Program-made: the position numbers and the translations under genes
Shown: positions 51,031 through 60,500 of the stretch, piece after piece
How the letters are laid out: each line of letters opens with the position of its first letter
Position numbering within the stretch: position 1 is the stretch's first letter
Notes under the pieces: generated by a model
Seen by the model: only the letters and a program-made list of their open reading frames with translations
Told to the model about the DNA's origin: nothing
Database searches by the model: none
Origin: an uncultured bacterium
GTDB taxonomy: Bacteria > Zixibacteria > MSB-5A5 > CAIYYT01
Assembly: GCA_963726455.1 (NCBI GenBank)
Contig: CAVSCK010000003.1
Span: 512,001-576,000, forward strand
Reading direction: 5' to 3'
DNA length: 64,000 nucleotides

Positions 51031-51867
51031 TTAGGACTCGCTCTTCTTGGCTTCCAGCTTGTCTTTGCTGCTATTAGCGCAGGATTTCTCCCACTTTTCA
51101 CCGTAATTGTCACCAAAGAGCGCCTTCATGTCCGAACTGTAATCGGTCTTCATCGCCGCAACATATCCGGCCTTGTTGATCGCGGAAACCATGTCGTCAG
51201 TCTTGACCTTGTCCGAATGGAACACTACGGACGCAGAGGCCGCCTTGAGATTAACATCAACTGCGCAGACACCGTCCATCGCGCCGAGTACTTTGGTGAT
51301 GTGATCAACGCAACCCTGGCAAGTCATTTTGTCAACCGACAAAAATACCACCATCGGATTGGCTTCGCACTTCATGGCGTCGGCAACCGTCTGAGCCGCA
51401 TGGCCGTTCGGCAGTTTGGCTTCGCCGGCAGTCCCGGTGGCTTTGCCCTTATCAACGCCGCACTTGGCTCTCTCGGCCGCAGTGCACTGGTGATCGGCAG
51501 GTTTGCTGCCGCTCTTGCTCATCGGGCAACCACCGGTTTCACCGGTGAGATTTACGGAAATTTTGGTGTCGGATGTGGCAATGGCCGGCATGATGTTGAT
51601 GACATCACTTGAAGTGGCGTCGGCCTTGCTCGCGGTGGATTTGCCGTTCGGGCAAACACAGCCCGGGTGAGAAGCGCAATCCTTGCCGTCTTTCTTCATG
51701 GCCTCGCAAGCGGCTTTGCAATCCTTTTTGTCTTTGTCGCAAGTGGCTTTACCGGTGCAGGTCGCGGAACAATCTTTGCCGGCTGCTTTCTTATCGCAAC
51801 TGTACGCTGGAACCGCCAGCGACATGGCAAAGACGGCAATCATAAGAACGAGCGCGAGTTTCTTCAT
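51031..51867 (-). CDS. Exported Cys-rich protein with C-terminal HMA domain
   Basis: Signal peptide, Cys/Lys-rich N-terminus, MTCQGC motif; GGAGG RBS. Confidence 0.85.
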   Translation of the reverse strand: MKKLALVLMIAVFAMSLAVPAYSCDKKAAGKDCSATCTGKATCDKDKKDCKAACEAMKKDGKDCASHPGCVCPNGKSTASKADATSSDVINIMPAIATSDTKISVNLTGETGGCPMSKSGSKPADHQCTAAERAKCGVDKGKATGTAGEAKLPNGHAAQTVADAMKCEANPMVVFLSVDKMTCQGCVDHITKVLGAMDGVCAVDVNLKAASASVVFHSDKVKTDDMVSAINKAGYVAAMKTDYSSDMKALFGDNYGEKWEKSCANSSKDKLEAKKSES

Positions 51868-51950
51868 CGGTGATCCTCCTATTGAGTAACTATGATTTTG
51901 GTTCTGTGTCAGTCCTGTTACTTTGTTATACTAATGAATTCGGCGAAGTA

Positions 51951-52523
51951 CTAAAGATACTTCAATATTCTTTGTTCTAGTACCGTCTTGTCCTGCAACC
52001 CCACGAAGCGATCAACAATCTCGCCTTTGCGATCAACCAGGAACGCAACCGGGATTGCCGAGCCAATATTCCAGTCGCCAGCCACCTGCGCGTTGCCGAT
52101 TACAACCTTGTACGGTATTTGCATCTGCTTGGCGAACTGGGCCACCTTCTCAGGACCCGTTTGATCCAACGATATCCCGACGACCGCAAAACCCTTGTTC
52201 GCATACTTGACCTGCAACGAACTCAAATCTGGTATGGAACGGCGGCACGGAGGACACCATGTCGCCCAGAAATCCACCAGCACGACTTTGCCGTCAAACT
52301 GGCTCCAGTCTACGGTCGAGCCGGTCGTCACATCAGCCAATTGGAAGCCGGGGGCTTTGCGCGACTGCGTTTCAATATTTGCAGCATCTCCTACGCGTCC
52401 GACTTTTGCCGGGTTCTTCGCGTTGAGCTCGACGGTAGAGTCTTTGGAACAGGAGTCGATAAACATTGCTGCGAGTAGAAGGAAGACAACAAGCAGACCG
52501 GTCTTGAAAATATGCTTTCTCAC
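51951..52523 (-). CDS. TlpA/ResA-family disulfide reductase
   Basis: DFWATWCPPC motif, membrane anchor. Confidence 0.9.
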   Translation of the reverse strand: MRKHIFKTGLLVVFLLLAAMFIDSCSKDSTVELNAKNPAKVGRVGDAANIETQSRKAPGFQLADVTTGSTVDWSQFDGKVVLVDFWATWCPPCRRSIPDLSSLQVKYANKGFAVVGISLDQTGPEKVAQFAKQMQIPYKVVIGNAQVAGDWNIGSAIPVAFLVDRKGEIVDRFVGLQDKTVLEQRILKYL

Positions 52524-53047
52524 TTTGATCCGGCTTTCATGTTCTGCTTTTCCATATACTCCTTAAAAGACATCTTCTGATGCGCCTCGGTCCTTATGTA
52601 ATTAAGTATCGGCAGCATTGTCGATGCGTCTATATAGCCGGGCACGGGCGCTATCTTCGACCCGTCGGGTTCGAGAAACCAGGTAATCGGATATGCACGT
52701 ACGCCGAACTGGGAAGTCAAGCCCTTCTCGGTAATGTCTCCGTCCTTGAGTTTCAGGACGTTGTAAGATTCGCCATCTACCATTGCAGCCACGAAGTCGC
52801 GGTTGATGGTATTGACGATTTGCGTATCCTGATAAGTCGTGGCGGCCATCTTCTTGCACCAACCACACCAGGAAGTGTAGAAATCAATCAGGACATGCTT
52901 CTTATTCTTGCGGGCCTCTTCCACGGCCTTGTCATACTTAACCCACGAGATATTGCCCGACTTTTCGGAGGCAAATAGCGCCGGCTTGCCAAACGAACTG
53001 ATCAGCAAGAGTGCGATAATGACAGAGTAGATCTTTCGTGTATTCAT
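52520..53047 (-). CDS. Exported thioredoxin-fold protein
   Basis: DFYTSWCGWCK and cis-Pro YP motifs; signal peptide. Confidence 0.88.
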   Translation of the reverse strand: MNTRKIYSVIIALLLISSFGKPALFASEKSGNISWVKYDKAVEEARKNKKHVLIDFYTSWCGWCKKMAATTYQDTQIVNTINRDFVAAMVDGESYNVLKLKDGDITEKGLTSQFGVRAYPITWFLEPDGSKIAPVPGYIDASTMLPILNYIRTEAHQKMSFKEYMEKQNMKAGSK

Positions 53048-53182
53048 AGTTTAGTAGGCGGTATCCTAGGTTGCAGTAACTTTCAGTCCTCTAAATCTAA
53101 CAAATCCGACCATAAAAGCAAACGTTTTTCCGGTCTCATCAATGGTTTTAACCCTTCAGGCGGCCGACAGTTCCCGTCCTTA

Positions 53183-56100
53183 TCACACGGGCTTGAAATT
53201 AATATTCTCTTTTCCAACCAACAATGTCAACTGTTCGAATAGCTTGCCCTCGGGTCTGACCTTCAAGTTCTTTGACCTAAGATAAAACAATTGGCTCCCC
53301 GACACAACAGCTAGTTGCACTCCGACCGGCCCCGGATACCGGCGCAGCAGCGACTCGATATCCTGCAGCAAGTTGGCAGACGCGCCGCCGTTGATGAATA
53401 TTTCCATTAGCGCCGGCCGTTGATCGAACAAACCTTCTAGTCGGCATATTTCCGACGCCACCAGCTTCGATTTCTCATTTTCGCGTGTCGATACACGTCC
53501 GCGCGCCAGCAGCACGGCATCCGTGTGAATCATTTGCCGGCTGCGCTCAAATAAGTCGGCAAACACCACAACTTCGACGACGCCAAAAAAATCCTCCAGC
53601 GTGATGAATGCCATCTGTCGCCCCTGCTTGTCATAGCTCACCTTGAGCGCCTGAACGATTCCCCCTAAGCTCACATCGGTACCGTCAGGGCGGTCACTGA
53701 TTTCTTCCGAATTGGTCGTAGCGTACGCCGACAGCTCCAGGCGGAACCGCTCCATCGGATGGCCGCTGACATAAAAGCCCAATGCCTCACGTTCATTCTG
53801 TAGTATCGTCGCTGCATTCCATTCGTCGACGTTGGGCAGTAGCGGCTCCTGAACCGTGTCGTCGGCGCCACCAGACCCAAAGAGATCTGACTGCGCGATC
53901 CCCTCTTTTCGCTGGATTGACTGTCCGAAATTCAGCGCCACCTCCACTGCTCCGAACAACTGCGATCGATTGCCCCGCACCGAATCAAAGGCGCCGGACA
54001 TAACCAGGGATTCTATCGTTCTCCTGTTCACCGCGCCAAGATCAGCGCGCGCACAGAAGTCAAATATCGACTCGAATCTGCCTCCCTCATTGCGCGCCTC
54101 CAGAATCGCCTCGACTGCGCCATGACCGACATTCTTCACGGCCGCCAATCCAAACCGAATCTTGTCACCGACCACGCTGAATGCCAGTTCCGATTCATTG
54201 ACATCGGGAGGCAGTACCTCAATTCCCATCCGGCGGCATTCTTCCATTAAAATGATGATTCGGTCAGTCGAGCCCATTTCCGAGGTCATCGACGCCGCCA
54301 TGAATTCCTGCGGATAGTGCGTCTTCAAGTAGGCAGTCTGATAGGCCAACAGCGCATATCCCACCGAGTGCGACTTATTGAAACCGTAGCCCGCGAATTT
54401 CTCAATCAGGTCGAAAACCTGCTCAGCCGTTTTCTTCTCGATCTTGTTCTTCTGGCAGCCCTTGACGAATTCCTCTTTCTGCGCCCGCATCAGATCGGCA
54501 TCCTTCTTCCCCATCGCCTTGCGAAGGATATCCCCCTTTCCGAGCGAGTAGCCCGCCATCTCTGCCGAAATCTTAATCGCCTGCTCCTGGAACACGATCA
54601 CGCCATACGTGTCCTTCAGAACCGACTCCAACAAGGGATGCTCGTACGAAACTTTTTCCAGACCATGTTTGCGGTTGATGTAGAGATCAACCACGCCACC
54701 TTTAAGCGGTCCCGGCCGGTATAACGCGTTCATGGCTGCCAGATCGTTCAGGTTCTCGGGGCGAAGTTTGCGCAGATAATCGCGCATGCCCGTGGATTCG
54801 AACTGGAAAATGCCGATCGTGGCGCCGTCACAAAACAGCTCATAGACTTTCGGATCATCCAGCGGAATCTTGTCGATTTCCAAATGGAACTTGTGCCGCA
54901 CCGCGATCATCGCAATGGCATCGTCGATCACTGTCAGCGTGCGCAGCCCCAGGAAATCCATCTTGAGCAGACCGATTCCCTCAACAACCTTCATATCATA
55001 CTGGGTCGTGACTTCGCCCTTCGTCCCGACATACAGCGGCACAAAGTTAGTCAGTTTGGCCGGTGCAATCACAACCCCTGCGGCGTGTGTCGATGCATGC
55101 CGGGTCAACCCTTCCAATACTCTCGATATCTCTAGAAGCTTCGCGATGCGCGCGTCCGACTCGATCAGTTGCGTCAATTGCGGTTCGAGTTTGAGCGCCT
55201 TCTCGATCGTCATGTCCACGGCAAACGGGATCAGTTTGGCAATACGGTCAACCTCGCTGTACGGAACTCCCATGACTCTGCCGACATCACGCACCACTGC
55301 GCGCGCGGCCATGGTTCCGAAGGTGATGATCTGGCCGACGTTTTCCTGTCCGTATTTTTGAATAACGTATTGGATGATCTTGTCGCGTCCGCGATCGGAG
55401 AAATCGATATCGATATCAGGCATGCTGATACGTTCAGGATTGAGAAATCTCTCGAACAGCAGGTCATACTTGATCGGATCGATGTTCGTGATTCCCAGCG
55501 CATAGGCGACAATCGATCCTGCCGCCGAGCCGCGTCCCGGACCGACTGATACTCCTTGCTTGCGTGCTTCGCCGGTGAAATCGGCGACGATCAGGAAATA
55601 TCCCGCGTATCCCATCTGCTTGATGACTTTGAGTTCGTAATCAAGCCGCTCCTTGACACCCGCGGTGACCTTCGGGTAGCGTTGCGCCAGGCCCTTCTCG
55701 GCCAGATAGGTCAGGTAGTCGTCGAGGGTTTCGTATCCCGGTTTCAGCGGAAACGCGGGCAGGTGATTCTTGCCAAGCTGAATTTCCAGATTGCACTGCT
55801 CGGCGATCCTCAGGGTGTTTTCAATCGCAGTTGGCGTCGCTGCGAACTGCTCTTTCATTTCGGCGGCGGTCTTTACATACAGTTGATCGGTCGAGTAACG
55901 CATCCGATCAACGTCACCAATCTGTTTGCCCGTCTGAATGCAGAGCAACGCATCATGCGCCTCGGCATGTTCGCGGCGCAGGTAATGGCAATCATTTGAG
56001 GCGAGCAGATGGAAACCGTTTTCCTCAGCCAGCTTGACAATCATTGGCCGGACTTTGTCCTCGTCAGCGATAGCGTGATTCTGAATTTCCAGATAGAAGT

Positions 56101-56623
56101 TGTCCTTGCCGAAGATATCAGCAAGTTCAAAGGCGCACCGTTTCGCTTCGGCATCGTTGCCGCGTCGCAAGTACATTGCCACTTCCCCGTGCAAACATGC
56201 CGTGGAACAAATCAACCCCTCGGCGTGCTGGCGCAGCAATTCCTTGTCGATTCGCGGCCGGTGATAGAAACCTTCCAGGAATCCCGCGCTCGAAAGCTGG
56301 ATCAGATTCTGGTAACCTTCAGCGTTCTTGACCAGCAGGACCAGATGGTTTCCACCGTCGGGATATCCCGCCACCGGTTCTTTGAGCATCCGCGACTTGG
56401 GAGCTACATAAACTTCTGAACCGATGATCGGCTTGACACCGGCATCACGCGCCTTCTTGTAGAATTCCACCGCTCCGAACATGTTGCCATGATCGGTGAT
56501 GGCGATTGCCGGAAAATGCAGCTCCACTGCGAGCTTGACAAAATCCTCGATCCGGCAGGCGCCGTCGAGCAGCGAATACTGGGTATGATTGTGCAAGTGA
56601 ACGAAATCGGCCGTCTGCCTCAT
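53183..56623 (-). CDS. dnaE: DNA polymerase III alpha subunit
   Basis: HLHNH.YSLLDG, GRGSAAGS, PDIDID and GFNKSH motifs; start MRQTADF by ATGA overlap; normal length. Confidence 0.97.
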   Translation of the reverse strand: MRQTADFVHLHNHTQYSLLDGACRIEDFVKLAVELHFPAIAITDHGNMFGAVEFYKKARDAGVKPIIGSEVYVAPKSRMLKEPVAGYPDGGNHLVLLVKNAEGYQNLIQLSSAGFLEGFYHRPRIDKELLRQHAEGLICSTACLHGEVAMYLRRGNDAEAKRCAFELADIFGKDNFYLEIQNHAIADEDKVRPMIVKLAEENGFHLLASNDCHYLRREHAEAHDALLCIQTGKQIGDVDRMRYSTDQLYVKTAAEMKEQFAATPTAIENTLRIAEQCNLEIQLGKNHLPAFPLKPGYETLDDYLTYLAEKGLAQRYPKVTAGVKERLDYELKVIKQMGYAGYFLIVADFTGEARKQGVSVGPGRGSAAGSIVAYALGITNIDPIKYDLLFERFLNPERISMPDIDIDFSDRGRDKIIQYVIQKYGQENVGQIITFGTMAARAVVRDVGRVMGVPYSEVDRIAKLIPFAVDMTIEKALKLEPQLTQLIESDARIAKLLEISRVLEGLTRHASTHAAGVVIAPAKLTNFVPLYVGTKGEVTTQYDMKVVEGIGLLKMDFLGLRTLTVIDDAIAMIAVRHKFHLEIDKIPLDDPKVYELFCDGATIGIFQFESTGMRDYLRKLRPENLNDLAAMNALYRPGPLKGGVVDLYINRKHGLEKVSYEHPLLESVLKDTYGVIVFQEQAIKISAEMAGYSLGKGDILRKAMGKKDADLMRAQKEEFVKGCQKNKIEKKTAEQVFDLIEKFAGYGFNKSHSVGYALLAYQTAYLKTHYPQEFMAASMTSEMGSTDRIIILMEECRRMGIEVLPPDVNESELAFSVVGDKIRFGLAAVKNVGHGAVEAILEARNEGGRFESIFDFCARADLGAVNRRTIESLVMSGAFDSVRGNRSQLFGAVEVALNFGQSIQRKEGIAQSDLFGSGGADDTVQEPLLPNVDEWNAATILQNEREALGFYVSGHPMERFRLELSAYATTNSEEISDRPDGTDVSLGGIVQALKVSYDKQGRQMAFITLEDFFGVVEVVVFADLFERSRQMIHTDAVLLARGRVSTRENEKSKLVASEICRLEGLFDQRPALMEIFINGGASANLLQDIESLLRRYPGPVGVQLAVVSGSQLFYLRSKNLKVRPEGKLFEQLTLLVGKENINFKPV

Positions 56624-57312
56624 CGGGAATCCCACCATTCACCTTTCTTGCCGGTCAACTTGAAGTAGAGATAACCAAACGCAAATCCGCCGACATGGGC
56701 AAACCACGCCACACCACCTCCCTGCCCACCCGCGAGCAAACTCGGCAATCCGTACAGCAATTGCAGTACGAACCAGAATCCCAGCAGTATTGCCGCAGGT
56801 AGACGAACCGTCTGTATGAAAAATCCGAGGAACAGCAGGGTCAAAACGCGCGCCTTCGGATAGAGTGCCACGTACGCACCCAGGATTCCGGCAATCGCCC
56901 CCGATGCTCCAACCAGAGGAACTTGCGATGACGGTGAAGTTGCCATGAACAACAACAAAGCAGCAACGCCTGAAACCAGGTAGAAGACAACGAATTTGAA
57001 TTTGCCCAGGTAATCCTCGACATTGTTTCCGAAGATCCAGAGGTACAACATGTTACCGGCGAGATGCATGAATCCGCCATGTACAAACATGCTCGTTATT
57101 ACGGTAACTCCGTACGGCATAGCAAGTTGTGGATATAGCGTGCCGGCCCCTGTGTATTGCGCCGGCACAAATCCCATTCTGAACATCATGGCGTTGTATT
57201 GAAAATCAGTCAACGTGAATTGGTAAATGTATACAGCCACGTTGGCCGCAATAAGCACAACGGTTACGATAGGAAATCGCCTGGTGGGTACATCGTCCTT
57301 GAGTGGCAACAT
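56620..57312 (-). CDS. Rhomboid intramembrane serine protease
   Basis: MFVHGG..HL.GNM, GASG and AHVGG motifs; start MLPLKD. Confidence 0.93.
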   Translation of the reverse strand: MLPLKDDVPTRRFPIVTVVLIAANVAVYIYQFTLTDFQYNAMMFRMGFVPAQYTGAGTLYPQLAMPYGVTVITSMFVHGGFMHLAGNMLYLWIFGNNVEDYLGKFKFVVFYLVSGVAALLLFMATSPSSQVPLVGASGAIAGILGAYVALYPKARVLTLLFLGFFIQTVRLPAAILLGFWFVLQLLYGLPSLLAGGQGGGVAWFAHVGGFAFGYLYFKLTGKKGEWWDSR

Positions 57313-57378
57313 ATTTGACCAATATACGCCATTCGATAGATGACACAAGCAGCCAGTTAGATGGATGTAAGGTTACGA

Positions 57379-57434
57379 ATACGTACTTCTGTACGCACTA
57401 AGTTATTGACAGATAGAGCATCGGTGTCTATATT
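57379..57434 (+). promoter_or_regulatory. Candidate operator plus sigma70 promoter of the PAS-LuxR gene
   Basis: ATACGTAC-ttct-GTACGCACT followed by TTGACA-17 bp-TATATT. Confidence 0.6.
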
Positions 57435-57519
57435 GGAACTACTTAGGTGGACTAAAACCAGTTTCCGCTCGTCCTCTCCAGCGAGGGGCCTGCTTCACCT
57501 GTATTTTGGGGGTGATGAA

Positions 57520-60500
57520 GTGCACGAACCTGACGGCAGCACTGACAGCAATCAAGATCAATCGAGCTCTCCCAATACTGGCCATGTAATCGCGGGATAT
57601 ATTGTTTGGGTCAACCGCGAAGGCACAATCGAATATGTCGCGCAATGGGAAGGTGGAATCAGCTACGAAGGGCTGCTGGGAAATAGTGTGTTCGACAGGG
57701 TACCGCCCGATGCCCGGGAGATTCTGATTGCCCGATTGCAGGATGTATTCTCGACCCACGTAAATGAAACGATCATCATGCCTGCTCCTGCGGACTGCGA
57801 CAAGGGCGGCATGGTTGAGATCAAGCTGATTCCTCTGAAATATCCCGGGAAACCGATTGACAAGGTTGCCGTAGCGTTCCGTCGGACAGCCGGAGAAATT
57901 AAGTTACCGTCTCCCGAAAGAACATCGCGCCTGCAGCAAAAGGGGACGCGATTCCCCTCCCGCATGACATTCGATGAGTTGCCTTGCGAAACAAGTCTCA
58001 AGAAACAGAAACACATCGAGGCGCTGCTCAAGGAAGCCGAGGAGAATTTCCGCCGACTGGCTGATACTTCGCTGCAGGGCATCATCATCATACAGGATGA
58101 TACCATTGTATTCACCAATCAGCGCGCCGCAGACGTTATCGGAATCACGGTCGCGGAATTGACCGGCCTGACCATGGTAACTATCTCCGAGAGGTTCATC
58201 GAACCGGAATCTCGGGCCCTGCTTGATCAGAAGCGCCGTGATCTATTTGACGGCGTTGTCTACGGATCGTCGTACGAATTAAGAATCCGCACGATGTCCG
58301 GCGACGCCCGGTGGCTGGATGTCACCACGATGCCCGTTACTTATCGTGGACATGATGCAATTCAGGCGTCACTGATCGACGTCACCGACCGCAAGAAGAC
58401 CGAAGATGACTTACGTGATAGTGAGGAACGCTACCGGACTCTCGTCGAGAATGCACAAAACGCGATCTTTTCAATGGAATATGACGGAACGCTGGCCTTC
58501 TTGAATTCGGTGGCAGCCCGCATGCTCGGTGGCGAGCCCTCCGAGTACGTTGGCAAGAACGTCCGTGACTTATTCCCGCCGGATAAAGCAGAACGACATC
58601 TGGCGGCGGTACAGCGTGTAATCGATAATGGCAAGGGCGAGACGATCGAGAATCTCACGGAACTGCGGGGACAACCGCGTTGGCATATCACCAGTATCCA
58701 CCCGCTCAACGGACGAAATGGCAAACGGCATTGCGCCTTTTTGATTTCTACGGATATTACCGACTCGAAATTGGCTAGCCAGAAGCTCGCGCGGGAACGC
58801 GATTTCACGCGCTCTATTCTGCAAACGGCGAACAGTCTGATCATCTGCCTCGACGAGCGCGCCGAAATCTTGATCTTTAACGAGGAATGCGAACGCGTCA
58901 CGGGATATTCGGGCGATGAGGTCAGGGGTAAACGCTGGTCAGATATTTTCGTCCCACCTGAATATCGTCATGAAGGGCTAAAGGATTTCGGCACCTGGGT
59001 GAGAGAGCATCCCCACGACCGCAAGGAAGAGCCGATTATTACGAAATCCGGCGAGCGGCGCTGTATTCTCTGGTCCAACTCGTCGTTCATTTCACCAGAC
59101 ACCGGTGAGTTGGCCGCAATTGCAATCGGCTATGACATTACCGAAGTGAAGCGGGCCAATCAGCAACTGAAGGAAGCGGAAGCACGATATCGTAACCTGG
59201 TGGAACTGCTTCCGCAAATTGCCTATACCGCCGCACTCAACGGCAACAGTACGACGACTTATATCAGTCCACAAGTGGAGAAGATACTTGGTTTTTCTCC
59301 GGCAGAATATCTTACCAATCCCGACCTTTGGTACCAGCAGCTATATCCTGACGATCGCGAGCGGGTCCTGGCCGAACTTCGTCGCACCCACGAAACTGGA
59401 CGCCCTCTGAATATCGAGTATCGGATGTACAGCCGCGACCGACGGGTGATTTGGTTTCGTGATCATGCAGTGATAATTCGAGACAGCGACGGCACACCGC
59501 TTTTTCTTCAGGGCGTTCAATACGATATCACCGAGAACAAGGTGGCAGAAGACGCGTTGCGAGAGAGCGAAAAGCGCTTCAAAGATCTTGCCGACATGCT
59601 GCCGTCGACCGTCTTTGAGTTAAGTCTCAAGGGCAAGTTTACTTTCGTCAACAGCCACGGGTTGGACCTTTTCGGTTACACACTGGAAGAATTAAGCCAT
59701 GATGCGGCCGTATTCGACGTGCTGTCCCCGGCGGATCGCGACCGCGTGAAGAAAAGTTTGCTGGAGATTCTGGGAGGCCGCACTCTGCAGGGGGCCGAAT
59801 ATACGGCGGTGCGCAAGGACGGCAGCGCGTTCCCAGCTCTGATTCATGTCAATCGTATCTCGCACAATGGCAAGATCAGCGGCTTTCGCGGCATCCTGGT
59901 TGATATAACGCAGCGCAAGAAAGTCGAGGAATTGCTGCGGCAGTCCCAGGAGGCCTATCGCGATCTGGTGGAGAATGTTGATGACGTCCTGTATATCCTC
60001 GATCAAGATCTCGTGATCACCTATGTGAGTCCGATTGTGAAAAGCGTTTTGGGTTATGAACCGGCGGAGCTGCTGGGACAGACAGCGTTGTCACTGGTTC
60101 ATCCTGATGATTTGCCCGGACTATTGGTCAGTGTGAACGACGTCCTGAATAACCGGCTCTATCCCAGCGATTACCGGATGCTGACGAAGACCGGCGACAT
60201 TCGCTGGGTGCAAACGTCCAGCCGCCCGATTTTTGAAAAAGACAAGCTCATTGGAGTACGAGGCATCCTGACTGACATCACCGAGCGAAAACGTTCCGAA
60301 CGGGCACTGCGAGAAAGCCAGGAACGATTCGAAAGAGTTGCTCAGCAAAGTCGTGAGATGGTCTGGGAAGTTGATGCCGACGGACTGTACACTTACGTAA
60401 GTCAGGCGTGTGATGAAATTCTTGGTTATCGGCCGGACGAACTCACCGGCAAGATGCATTTCTACGATCTTCAGCCCGAGTCGGAACGCGAGGACTTCAG

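Noticed and set aside
53183-56623. Intein or split in dnaE
   Set aside because: Normal length with continuous motifs.
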